Source of the DNA: Actinomycetes bacterium
GTDB taxonomy: Bacteria > Actinomycetota > Acidimicrobiia > Acidimicrobiales > JABEUL01
NCBI GenBank assembly: GCA_021852345.1
Contig: JAJZNL010000040.1
Span: 22,278 to 86,277, forward strand
Length of the DNA: 64,000 nt
Reading direction: 5' to 3'
How positions within the stretch are numbered: the first letter of the stretch is position 1; every line of letters begins with the position of its first letter. Both the position numbers and the translations under genes were made by a program. Of the stretch, positions 47,626 to 56,635 are shown piece by piece. The notes beneath the pieces were generated by a model, which was given only the letters and a program-made list of their open reading frames with translations, did no database searches and was not told the origin of the DNA.

Positions 47626-47652
47626 GCCGTCCACAGAGTGGGCGGTTTTTTA
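47626..47652 (+). terminator. Rho-independent terminator-like hairpin with a T6 tract (leader terminator)
   Basis: CCGTCCAC-aga-GTGGGCGG is an 8-bp stem with one G:U pair. TTTTTT follows, 52 nt upstream of the leuB GTG. Confidence 0.6.
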
Positions 47653-47703
47653 TATGTTCTAGAATTATCTCATTAAAGATTTAAATATAGATAGGCAACT
47701 ACA

Positions 47704-48729
47704 GTGAGTTATAAAATAGCGGTAATCGGCGGAGACGGTATAGGACCCGAAGTTTCAGAAGAGGCGTTGAGGGTTCTTCAGGCATGTGGCTTGGATTTCT
47801 CGACCACTGAATTCGATCTAGGAGCGCATAGGTATGTCAAAGACGGGGTAGTTTTAGAAGACGAGGATCTAAACGCCCTCAAAGGATATGACGCAATTAT
47901 TCTTGGTGCGATCGGTCCGGCGATCGGCTCAAATGAAGTTCCCCCGGGTATATTGGAACGGGGTTTGTTGCTTAAATTGAGGTTCGAACTCGATCTTTTC
48001 ATTAATATGAGACCTTTCACCGCTCCTAAAAATTCAATTGCATCAGGTAGTGACTTTGTCGTAATAAGAGAAAATACAGAAGGGACTTATGCAGGTGAAG
48101 GCGGGTTCTTAAGGAAAAATACTCCTCACGAGGTGGCAACGCAAGGGTCAGTAAATACTCGATTCGGAGTTGAGCGATGTATAAGGTTTGCATTTGATCT
48201 CGCAAACCGCCGAAACAAGCATCTTACTCTTGTGCACAAGACTAATGTATTAACTTTTGCTGGAGATTTATGGCAGCGTACGTTTGATGAGGTTAAAGAA
48301 AGCTATAGCGAAGTCACCACAGATTATAATCATGTAGATGCAGCATGTATATATATGGTTACTCAGCCGCAAAACTATGATGTGATCGTTACCGACAATC
48401 TGTTTGGCGATATATTAACCGACCTTGCCGGTGCCGTAACTGGAGGAATCGGACTCGCCGCTTCGGCTAATTTAAATGCCGCAAAAACAGGGCCGTCAGT
48501 TTTTGAGCCGGTTCACGGGGCTGCCCATGACATTGTAGGCACCAATAAAGCGAATCCCTTGGCCGCAATAAGGTCGGTATCTATGCTTTTGGACCATCTG
48601 GGTGAGTCAGAAAAAGCCGAAAAGGTTCTTAATGCCGTAATAGCGGCATCCGAGTTTCTTGCATCTGAAAATGAGAAAAATTATTCCACAGTCGAAATTA
48701 CCGACTTAGTTATTGAAAGGATAAACTGA
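47704..48729 (+). CDS. leuB: 3-isopropylmalate dehydrogenase
   Basis: 341 aa with a GTG start. Motifs are 'VIGGDGIGPEV', 'IRENTEGTYAG' and 'DNLFGDILTDL'. Confidence 0.9.
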   Translation: MSYKIAVIGGDGIGPEVSEEALRVLQACGLDFSTTEFDLGAHRYVKDGVVLEDEDLNALKGYDAIILGAIGPAIGSNEVPPGILERGLLLKLRFELDLFINMRPFTAPKNSIASGSDFVVIRENTEGTYAGEGGFLRKNTPHEVATQGSVNTRFGVERCIRFAFDLANRRNKHLTLVHKTNVLTFAGDLWQRTFDEVKESYSEVTTDYNHVDAACIYMVTQPQNYDVIVTDNLFGDILTDLAGAVTGGIGLAASANLNAAKTGPSVFEPVHGAAHDIVGTNKANPLAAIRSVSMLLDHLGESEKAEKVLNAVIAASEFLASENEKNYSTVEITDLVIERIN

Positions 48730-48730
48730 A

Positions 48731-49660
48731 ATGCCGATTACGCCTACAGAGTATATTTGGATGGACGGAGAGTTAGTTAAGTGGGAAAATGCTACCGTCC
48801 ACGTTTTGACCCACTCACTTCACTACGGTGTTGGTGTATTTGAGGGTATTCGAGCCTATACAACCGAAGACGGTCCCGCAATTTTCAGACTTAAAGATCA
48901 TATAAAACGACTTATTGAATCTGCTCATATATATGGACTCGAAGTTCCTTTCAGTTTGGAGCAGTTAATTGAAGCAACCTGTGAGGTGATTCGTTCCAAT
49001 AAATTACAATCTGCTTATATAAGACCGTTAATCTATTTAGGTTATGGAGAGATGGGACTAAATCCGCTTCCCTGTAAAGTTAATGTTTCTATTGCGGCAT
49101 GGCCGTGGGGAACTTATTTAGGCGATGAGGGGGTTGCTAACGGAGTTAAAGTTAAAGTTTCATCATGGCGAAGGCACGATCCAAATGCCATGCCGACGGC
49201 GGCAAAGGCCACTGGCATGTATGCAAATTCGGCTTTGGCTAAAGTGGAGGCGATTCATGCGGGTTACGACGAGTGCGTTCTCTTAAATCCCCAGGGATTT
49301 GTAAGTGAGTGTACCGGAGAGAATATATTTATAGTCAAGAATAATGTTTTAATCTCTCCGCCGTCGTCATTGGGAGGAGCACTGGTTGGAATTACGCAGA
49401 ATACCGTGTTTGAGATAGCTAAAAATTTAAATTATGAATTTAAAGAAGCTGCCATGGTCAGAACCGATCTTTATTGTGCTGATGAGGCATTTATGACTGG
49501 TACTGCCGCTGAAGTGGTTCCTATTAAGAGCGTAGATGATCGGACTGTCGGTTCGGGTAAACCCGGAGAGATAACACAAGCAATCCAGAAAGCATATTTT
49601 TCAGCGGTTCACGGCGAATCTGATCAGTACCGACACTGGTTGGAGTATGTAAAAAATTAG
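48731..49660 (+). CDS. ilvE: Branched-chain amino acid aminotransferase (class IV)
   Basis: 309 aa. Motifs are 'HYGVGVFEGIRAY', 'AAKATGMYANS' and 'ECTGENIF'. Confidence 0.9.
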   Translation: MPITPTEYIWMDGELVKWENATVHVLTHSLHYGVGVFEGIRAYTTEDGPAIFRLKDHIKRLIESAHIYGLEVPFSLEQLIEATCEVIRSNKLQSAYIRPLIYLGYGEMGLNPLPCKVNVSIAAWPWGTYLGDEGVANGVKVKVSSWRRHDPNAMPTAAKATGMYANSALAKVEAIHAGYDECVLLNPQGFVSECTGENIFIVKNNVLISPPSSLGGALVGITQNTVFEIAKNLNYEFKEAAMVRTDLYCADEAFMTGTAAEVVPIKSVDDRTVGSGKPGEITQAIQKAYFSAVHGESDQYRHWLEYVKN

Positions 49661-49704
49661 TATCTGCCCGGAAGCGACAACCTTAAAATCTAAAGGTTAA
49701 TTTT

Positions 49705-51321
49705 ATGAAAAACTCAAAAACAAACTCAAAAACGGTTGAAGTCCTAGATACCACCTTGCGGGACGGATCGCAGCAAGAAGGTCTTTCCCTAACCGTAAGC
49801 GATAAGCTAAAAGTTGCAGAGCAACTTGATAAGTTGGGGGTAACTTTTATTGAGGGGGGGTGGCCAGGAGCTAATCCCAAAGATGAAGAGTTTTTTGAAC
49901 GAGCCAAAACAGAACTTAAATTAAAGAATTCTGTTTTGGTGGCATTCGGATCCACCAGAAGGCCCAATACAAAAATAAGAGACGATAAAGTAACTGCCGA
50001 TCTTTTGGGATCTAAGACTGAGGTCGTTTGCCTCGTCGCAAAGTCTTGGGATATGCATGTTACCGACGCACTGCAAACTACCTTGGATGAGGCGGTTTTA
50101 ATGGTAAAAGATTCAGTTGAATACTTCGTTAGCCAAGGACGGAAGGTATTGTTGGATGCAGAGCACTTTTTTGACGGATATAAAGCTAACAGGGATTTTG
50201 CAATTCGGATTTTGGATACGGCAGCTAAGGCAGGTTCGGATACGTTGGTATTGTGTGACACCAACGGTGGTACTCTACCGCTTGAGCTAGAAAAAATCGT
50301 AGAAGAGGTTTCAAGCAATTTTGACAAAATAGGCATACACTGTCATAATGATTCGGGTTGCGCGGTTGCCAATACGGTTTCTGCGGTCATAGCCGGTGCA
50401 AGACATGTACAAGGATGCGTTAATGGTTACGGCGAAAGGACGGGAAATGCAGATTTGGCGTCGGTAATTCCAAATTTGTCATTAAAACTTGGTTTTACGA
50501 CGATTCCCAAAGAAAAGTTGCCATTACTTACTCCAGTTGCTCATCATATTTCAGAGTTGATGAATGTAACTCCGGCTCCGCAACAGCCGTATGTTGGATC
50601 TGCAGCCTTTGCCCATAAAGCGGGACTTCATACTTCAGCCATAGTTAAAAGATCGGATGCATATGAACACATATCTCCAGCAAAGGTAGGAAACGGAACG
50701 AGGTTTCTGGTTTCTGAGGTCTCTGGTAGAGCTACATTTAAGGCAAAAGCAGATGAATTCGGAATTGAAATAACCTCTGAAGCACTGGCTAAGGTTGCTT
50801 CTGAACTTAAAAAGCGTGAGAATGCGGGATATCATTATGAGGCGGCAGACGGATCTTTCGAGCTTTTAATGAGATCAATAGCCGGTGAGGATTTGGACTT
50901 TTTTAAAGTTGAGTCTTTTAGGGTGGTAGCTGACTGGAAATCTTCGGGCGGTAAGGTCAAAGAGGGGCAGTTGACTACGGAGGCAACTGTTAAGGTTCAT
51001 GTTCTAGGTAAGAGAATAATAGCCACCGCAGAAGGTAATGGTCCCGTAAATGCATTGGACGCAGCCCTTAGGCAGGCAATTGAACCTTCGTTTAAAAACT
51101 TAAAGGCGCTATTCTTAACAGATTTTAGAGTCAGAGTAATAGATTCCAGTTCGGGGACTAAGGCAATAACTAGAGTTTTGATAGATACAAGTGACGGAAC
51201 AAAAACGTGGTCAACTATTGGAGTTTCGCAAAATATTATAGAAGCTTCATGGCAGGCGTTAATGGATGCGGTAATATATGGCTTGTTACATAATCATTTA
51301 AAGACCCATTTAAAAACCTGA
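49705..51321 (+). CDS. cimA: (R)-citramalate synthase (LeuA-related, CimA family)
   Basis: 538 aa. Motifs are 'DTTLRDGSQQEG', 'IEGGWPGANPKDEEFF' (typical of the CimA branch, as I recall it) and 'HCHNDSGCAVAN'. A C-terminal LeuA-type regulatory domain is present. A 2-isopropylmalate synthase cannot be excluded. Confidence 0.7.
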   Translation: MKNSKTNSKTVEVLDTTLRDGSQQEGLSLTVSDKLKVAEQLDKLGVTFIEGGWPGANPKDEEFFERAKTELKLKNSVLVAFGSTRRPNTKIRDDKVTADLLGSKTEVVCLVAKSWDMHVTDALQTTLDEAVLMVKDSVEYFVSQGRKVLLDAEHFFDGYKANRDFAIRILDTAAKAGSDTLVLCDTNGGTLPLELEKIVEEVSSNFDKIGIHCHNDSGCAVANTVSAVIAGARHVQGCVNGYGERTGNADLASVIPNLSLKLGFTTIPKEKLPLLTPVAHHISELMNVTPAPQQPYVGSAAFAHKAGLHTSAIVKRSDAYEHISPAKVGNGTRFLVSEVSGRATFKAKADEFGIEITSEALAKVASELKKRENAGYHYEAADGSFELLMRSIAGEDLDFFKVESFRVVADWKSSGGKVKEGQLTTEATVKVHVLGKRIIATAEGNGPVNALDAALRQAIEPSFKNLKALFLTDFRVRVIDSSSGTKAITRVLIDTSDGTKTWSTIGVSQNIIEASWQALMDAVIYGLLHNHLKTHLKT

Positions 51322-51378
51322 AATTAAGAATTTATAATTAAAAAGATGTCGGTTAAATATAACAAAACTATACCTATA

Positions 51379-51443
51379 AACAATAGAGCTAAACAATAGA
51401 GCTAAACAATATAGTTAAACAATATAGTTAAACAATTTAGGCA
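51379..51443. repeat. Tandem direct repeat, 5 x 13 nt
   Basis: AACAATAGAGCTA occurs twice, AACAATATAGTTA twice and AACAATTTAGGCA once, all head to tail. Confidence 0.9.
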
Positions 51444-51477
51444 AGTAATTTAGAAAAAAGTTAGAAAAACAGTACAA

Positions 51478-51499
51478 ATCGTAAATAGATCGTAAATAG
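51478..51499. repeat. Tandem direct repeat, 2 x 11 nt
   Basis: ATCGTAAATAG occurs twice. A further 2 x ~11 nt pair (TTAGAAAAAAG / TTAGAAAAACAG) lies at 51450-51472. Confidence 0.85.
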
Positions 51500-51537
51500 A
51501 TAGCATAAAAGATTAGATAGGAGAGTAAGAAAACCCA

Positions 51538-52002
51538 ATGGCACAACCCAATTTTGCCCCAATTAAGAGCGATAACAAGGTGAGTGAAATTCAAAAACTG
51601 AATTCGCCGAATGAATGGAAGTCGGTCAGACCCGGAGAACTAAAAAACAAAGTTAACCTTGAAAAGAAAAGTCGCTTTGGCAATCCCGGACCCGATCAAG
51701 GCTATGCCATGGTGCTCTTCAAAAGATTTACCGACGATATAAGGCTCTCCAAAGAAGAAGATATTCACGACGTTCAAGCTGGAGTAGTTGCAATTGCAAT
51801 GAAAAGAGCTGCAATTTTCGGACGTGCTCCTGTGAATAAAGATATTGAATTCGCTTTAAATAAATTTGATTTTTTAAAAGATATAAAGTCAGATGCGGTG
51901 AAAAAGAGAAGAGAAACTTTTAAATCTGCGGGGCACGAGTATTCTAAGCGTCAAGATATTGCAGATATGATTGACGAAGACGAAATGAAATCGTACCGAT
52001 AA
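51538..52002 (+). CDS. Hypothetical protein
   Basis: 154-aa ORF with AGGAGAG 12 nt upstream of the ATG. Its composition is protein-like ('GNPGPDQGYAMVLFKRF'). I recognise no family. Confidence 0.5.
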   Translation: MAQPNFAPIKSDNKVSEIQKLNSPNEWKSVRPGELKNKVNLEKKSRFGNPGPDQGYAMVLFKRFTDDIRLSKEEDIHDVQAGVVAIAMKRAAIFGRAPVNKDIEFALNKFDFLKDIKSDAVKKRRETFKSAGHEYSKRQDIADMIDEDEMKSYR

Positions 52003-52217
52003 ATTTTATCAATTTTAATTATAAAATTTAATGTGGAGGCGTTGATACTATTAAGCAATCTGTTGCCAATGACTTTCATTTGGTAACTTATAATTTGTGA
52101 CTGCTTTGATTAGAGTGTCTCTTGTGGATTTAATTTTGTCAAGTTTTCAATGCGGTCAGTTACTTAAATTTAATTATGTTACAGAAATCTGTAGCATTTG
52201 TAAAGTAAACTAAATTT

Positions 52218-52871
52218 GTGACTTACCGCGCATATGACGTAGGGCTTTTTAATTACAGCAAAGTATGTGAAAGACATAACTTAAACGATTGCCGTCGCGA
52301 AGGCTATGAGGTCTTTAATTCCGCTGGAATGAACTTAATCGGATTTGATGTTGAAACAACAGGTTTAAGTCCAAAGTCAGGCGATCGGATAGTCTCTTTA
52401 GGTGCCGTTAAGGTAGATTATAAGAGCGGTGCTGTAATTGATCAATTCAGTACTTTAATTAATCCATGCAGGGATGTGGGCGCAACCTTTATTCACGGTA
52501 TTACCGATGAGGACGTGCAGAATGCACCATTGTTTAAAGATGCGTATCCGAGCTTACTGGATTTTTTTTCAGACGGTCTGATCGTAGGTCATAATCTTCG
52601 TTTCGACGAAGGTTTCTTATCTAGCGAGTTAAAGCTCGCGGGTTTCTTGGACAGAGTTACTTTCCCGAGCATATGCACATTACGACTTGCTCAAAAGTAT
52701 TTGCAGGGTTGTTCTAACCACAAATTAGAAAGCTGCGCAGCTGCTTTTGATATTGAAGTTAAAAAATATCACGACGCCGCTTGTGATGCATTGGCAAGCG
52801 TCGAGATATTGCGATCACTCATTGGACGGGCTAACTTGGAAATAATGGTTCCTTTGATGCAAAAGTTTTGA
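52218..52871 (+). CDS. DEDDh 3'-5' exonuclease (DNA polymerase III epsilon-like)
   Basis: Motifs are 'GFDVETTGL' (Exo I), 'GHNLRFDEGFL' (Exo II) and 'HDAACDALA' (Exo III). The start is uncertain (GTG 52218 or ATG 52329). Confidence 0.75.
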   Translation: MTYRAYDVGLFNYSKVCERHNLNDCRREGYEVFNSAGMNLIGFDVETTGLSPKSGDRIVSLGAVKVDYKSGAVIDQFSTLINPCRDVGATFIHGITDEDVQNAPLFKDAYPSLLDFFSDGLIVGHNLRFDEGFLSSELKLAGFLDRVTFPSICTLRLAQKYLQGCSNHKLESCAAAFDIEVKKYHDAACDALASVEILRSLIGRANLEIMVPLMQKF

Positions 52872-53039
52872 GGTTATTGGATTTATTCAAACCCTTTTAG
52901 TTGTTTAATCTAATTTAATCAATTTAATTTTTAGGTAAGTTTGGCAGGCATATCTATTTGGCAAGCTCATAATATGTCACTAATGCGATTATACGTACAA
53001 ATTATGGTGGGTTTAGGTGGAATAGGAAACTTGGCAAGA

Positions 53040-53075
53040 GAAGTGTGAGAAGCAGGCGAAGTGATAGAAGTGAAA
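53040..53075. repeat. Tandem direct repeat, 4 x 9 nt, upstream of the UXS gene
   Basis: The units are GAAGTGTGA, GAAGCAGGC, GAAGTGATA and GAAGTGAAA. Confidence 0.75.
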
Positions 53076-53097
53076 TTGATTAACTGTTTGAAAGAAA

Positions 53098-54063
53098 GTG
53101 AAAATGAATAAAGGTATAAGTTCGGTATTGGTAGCTGGAGGCGCAGGATTTATTGGCTCACATTTGAGTCGCTATCTGTTAGAAGATCTTGAATGCGAAA
53201 AGGTGATCGTCGTTGACAATTTGGTTACCGGAAACAAAGAAAATTTAGAAGAGTTACTTAATAGTCCTAAGTTGGATTTTGTCCAAGACGATATTGTTAG
53301 TTTGGACGTTGCCAGATTCGATAGCTACAAAATATCTCATGTATTTAATCTTGCCTCAATTGCCTCACCCAAAACTTACGCCGAAAAATCAATTGAAACC
53401 CTTAAGACCGGGTCATTGGGAGTTTTTAATTTATTGGAAATTGCAAAAAAGAATGATGCAAGATTCATTCATGCCTCTACCAGTGAAATTTATGGTGACC
53501 CTACAGTGCACCCACAAACTGAGTCGTATTTCGGAAATGTAAATTCAGTTGGCCCAAGGAGTATGTATGACGAAGCCAAACGATTTGGAGAGGCTGCAAT
53601 TACCGCTTTTTGCGACAAGTTCGATATGAGCTATGCTTTGGTTCGCATTTTTAATACCTACGGTCCAAAGATGGGGCAAAACGACGGCAGAGTAATTCCA
53701 AACTTTGTGAATGCGGCTTTGAGAAACTTAAATCTTGAAATCTACGGGGACGGAAAGCAGACTCGTAGTCTGTGCTATGTGAGCGATTTAGTTAACGGCT
53801 TGACTAAATTGATGGATTCAACCTACTGCGGACCGATAAATATGGGCAACCCCTATGAGTTAACGGTTAAAGAATTGGCTGAAAAAATAATTGAAAGTCT
53901 CAAGAGTTCATCTGATATCGTTTATTTGGAAGCGTTAATTGATGATCCAAAGCAGCGCTGCCCTGATATTTCTTTAGCCAAGAAAGTTTTAGATTGGGCG
54001 CCAAAGGTTGATTTTGAAACTGGTCTGTCTAATACGGCCGAATACTTTAAATCAATGGTTTAA
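53098..54063 (+). CDS. UDP-glucuronate decarboxylase (UDP-xylose synthase)-like extended SDR
   Basis: 321 aa. Motifs are 'VAGGAGFIGSHL', 'ASTSEIYGDP', 'YDEAKR' (YxxxK) and 'RIFNTYGPKMGQNDGRVIPNF'. Confidence 0.85.
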   Translation: MKMNKGISSVLVAGGAGFIGSHLSRYLLEDLECEKVIVVDNLVTGNKENLEELLNSPKLDFVQDDIVSLDVARFDSYKISHVFNLASIASPKTYAEKSIETLKTGSLGVFNLLEIAKKNDARFIHASTSEIYGDPTVHPQTESYFGNVNSVGPRSMYDEAKRFGEAAITAFCDKFDMSYALVRIFNTYGPKMGQNDGRVIPNFVNAALRNLNLEIYGDGKQTRSLCYVSDLVNGLTKLMDSTYCGPINMGNPYELTVKELAEKIIESLKSSSDIVYLEALIDDPKQRCPDISLAKKVLDWAPKVDFETGLSNTAEYFKSMV

Positions 54064-54189
54064 AGCAAACGGGTCTTTCCTTAAGGTAGCAAGCATATAA
54101 TTTAGTCCATCGGCATCGGGTCTATTGGGGCACAAAAGAACGTAATCGCTCGACTGGATTTAACCAATCTCTAATCCAAAAGTTTTTAT

Positions 54190-54249
54190 GTAACAATAAG
54201 CAACAACTGGTAACAATTAGTAACCATAAGTAACCATGAGTAACTATGG
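54190..54249. repeat. Tandem direct repeat, 6 x 10 nt (consensus GTAACMATWR)
   Basis: The units are GTAACAATAA, GCAACAACTG, GTAACAATTA, GTAACCATAA, GTAACCATGA and GTAACTATGG. Confidence 0.9.
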
Positions 54250-54427
54250 AACCGTAGATATTACAAGTTATGCAGGTTGGTCATAAAATTTGAAATTGTC
54301 ATTTGGCTCTGAGTGTATTTAACACCTTTCTTAATTGTTCATCGTAATCAATTATTGAAAAATAGATTAGTTATTAACGCCAATTGGTGGGTATCTTAAA
54401 GTATTATCCTTGAACGAACCCAGCAAT

Positions 54428-54480
54428 GTTTTTGATGCCCGTAGAGTTTTTGATGCCCGTAGCGTTTTTGATGCTTAGGC
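54428..54480. repeat. Tandem direct repeat, 3 x 18 nt
   Basis: The units are GTTTTTGATGCCCGTAGA, GTTTTTGATGCCCGTAGC and GTTTTTGATGCTTAGGC. Confidence 0.9.
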
Positions 54481-54567
54481 TTTTAAGTTCGGGTTATATG
54501 GATATAAAATTAAAGTTAATGTATTTGATGGGTTTCAATCGTACGGGACAGTCTTGAATAAAGCATA

Positions 54568-55458
54568 ATGAGAAATGTCGATAACATAGAAGTGCCCGTT
54601 GGAGAATTGGTTTTTAATGCGCGGGTTAGCGGTAGTGATGACAAAGATTTGGTGATATTTTTGCACGGGTTTCCGCAAAGTTCATTATGTTGGGATTTTG
54701 TAATAGATGAGTTGGCTGATGAATTTTATTGCGTAGCATTTGACCAACGGGGTTACAGCAAAAAGGCCAGACCGACGGGCAGCGAACAATATCGAATCCA
54801 AAATGTGGTTGACGATGTGCTGGGTGTCGCAGGATATTTTACCGACACAAAGTTTCATCTAGTTGGACACGATTGGGGTGGCGCCGTTACTTGGGCAACA
54901 GCCATATTTTATCCAGAAGTTTTAAGTTCTATAAGCGCATTGTCCACTCCGCACCCTCTAGCCCTGCAAAATTCTCTAAGAAGCAGTGGTGCTGACCAAA
55001 GAGGTAAATCAAGCTATATCCAGTTGTTTAGACAGGAAGGGACTGCGGAGCAGGTTTTGTCCGAAAATGATTATGCCGGTCTTAGGTCTGTATTTGAACT
55101 GTCGGGCTACAATACCGCCGACCCGGTGCTTTTGGATCATGTGAACCAATATGTCAGTTTGTTATCTGAACCAGGAGCTTTAACTGGTGCTTTAAATTGG
55201 TATCGTGGTATAAATATGAACAATACTTCTGAATTTCCACAGTCTGAAAAACTTCAAATTCAAGTGCCTACCCTTTACGTATGGAGCGATAAAGATGTTG
55301 CCTTGGGTAAAGCTGCCGCTTATGACTCTCAAAAATATGTTTCGGCATTCTACAGGTTTGAAGTATTCCATGATGTAAGTCATTGGATTCCAGAGATGGC
55401 TCCAGAGAAACTTTCGGTAATTTTGTCAGATCATTTAAATCAATTTAAGAATAGATAA
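54568..55458 (+). CDS. Alpha/beta hydrolase (epoxide hydrolase / haloalkane dehalogenase-like)
   Basis: 296 aa. Motifs are 'FLHGFPQSS' and 'LVGHDWGG' (nucleophile Asp elbow), plus a C-terminal 'HDVSHW'. Confidence 0.8.
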   Translation: MRNVDNIEVPVGELVFNARVSGSDDKDLVIFLHGFPQSSLCWDFVIDELADEFYCVAFDQRGYSKKARPTGSEQYRIQNVVDDVLGVAGYFTDTKFHLVGHDWGGAVTWATAIFYPEVLSSISALSTPHPLALQNSLRSSGADQRGKSSYIQLFRQEGTAEQVLSENDYAGLRSVFELSGYNTADPVLLDHVNQYVSLLSEPGALTGALNWYRGINMNNTSEFPQSEKLQIQVPTLYVWSDKDVALGKAAAYDSQKYVSAFYRFEVFHDVSHWIPEMAPEKLSVILSDHLNQFKNR

Positions 55459-55470
55459 GCGAGGTATGTA

Positions 55471-56223
55471 ATGTCACTGGAATTTCAGGACAAGTCGGTA
55501 TTGGTGATTGGCGGCGGCAGTCTGATAGGTACCGCTATCGGTCAGTATTTTGCTTCATTGCAAGCGGTGATTAATATTGTCGATGACTCTAAATCTTCCG
55601 TTAATAAAGCGGTAGAAACAATCGTTTCAGGTGGCGGCTCATGTGTCGGACAAACCTGTGACATGACCGACGAAGCAGCGGTTGTGGCTTCAATAAAGCA
55701 GTTGGTGCACGTTTCGGGTGCGCCTTATTTAGTTGTTAACTGTCCTAACTTTATCAGACTGTCACATTTTACCGAAATTTCGGTCGAGCAGTGGGATTCG
55801 GTTATAGCAAACAACCTAAAGGTCACCTTTTTAGCGACTAAAGCCATTCTTCCTCATATGTTGGGAACGGGAGGGTCTATCGTAAACATTACGGGTGTTC
55901 CGGGAGTAACTGGCGTCGCCTATTCAGCTGCTTTTGCCGCTGCATCGGCGGGAATAATTCAACTTACTAAATCTTTGGCATTAGAGTTGCAGGACAGGGG
56001 CGTAAGAGTAAATGCAATAGCTTTAAGCGGGGCGGACGAACAGATGCTGGCACATGTTGGATTTCCAGTTGGAGCCTCACCGCGACATATTGAAAGAATC
56101 GTGTCTCCCTTGGGGGTTCCTTCTCCTGATGAGGTTGCCGCTTTGGTTGCATACTTGGGAGGTTCAAATGCTAGGTGTATTACGGGAACGGTTATAGCTT
56201 TAGACGGCGGATTGTCGGCATAG
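55471..56223 (+). CDS. Short-chain dehydrogenase/reductase family protein, atypical active site
   Basis: 250 aa with a Rossmann-like 'VIGGGSLIGTAIG' and SDR-like spacing. Where the catalytic Ser and YxxxK are expected, the sequence reads 'NITGVPG' and 'YSAAF'. Confidence 0.65.
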   Translation: MSLEFQDKSVLVIGGGSLIGTAIGQYFASLQAVINIVDDSKSSVNKAVETIVSGGGSCVGQTCDMTDEAAVVASIKQLVHVSGAPYLVVNCPNFIRLSHFTEISVEQWDSVIANNLKVTFLATKAILPHMLGTGGSIVNITGVPGVTGVAYSAAFAAASAGIIQLTKSLALELQDRGVRVNAIALSGADEQMLAHVGFPVGASPRHIERIVSPLGVPSPDEVAALVAYLGGSNARCITGTVIALDGGLSA

Positions 56224-56635
56224 AATAGGCAAGGAATGGTTCAGCCGTTAATGTTCGTTCCGTATTTGGATTCAAATCATTTGTATTATCGGCTATTGAA
56301 TCAAGTAAGAATTAAGTAAGATGAATAGCAGTTAAGGTTTTAATAAAAGATTGCGCTTTAATGTTGATGGCAAAGTTTAGTAGCAAAGTTTTCATGATCT
56401 CTTTGTATTGGCAAAACAGATATTTTACATAGACTAAAGCATCTTATACCCTATGAAAGCTATCCTAAAGCCGATATTCAGATCATGAATTTGGTTAATA
56501 GTTCACTAATCAATGGTTTTTGCCTATATAAATAATGGAGACTGAGCATTTTAGAAATCGAACGCTGATGGTATTACCGGTCGGCTGATATTTTGACCTA
56601 CGAGTATAAATTATCAAGAAATGAGGTTGATGTAA

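Noticed and set aside
49683-50336. 217-aa antisense ORF inside cimA. Other long antisense ORFs occur at 17046-17492, 39865-40257, 62138-62557 and 2531-2944.
   Set aside because: Its composition is Ser/Thr/Lys-rich and unlike real proteins, and the sense frames carry clear family motifs. In this offset frame, stops require Tyr/His/Gln codons preceded by T- or C-ending codons. I checked several such positions in the sense sequence and they happen to be absent.
51379-51443. Possibility that the tandem arrays are small CRISPR arrays
   Set aside because: The units are contiguous with no unique spacers, are only 9-19 nt long, and no cas genes are present in the window.
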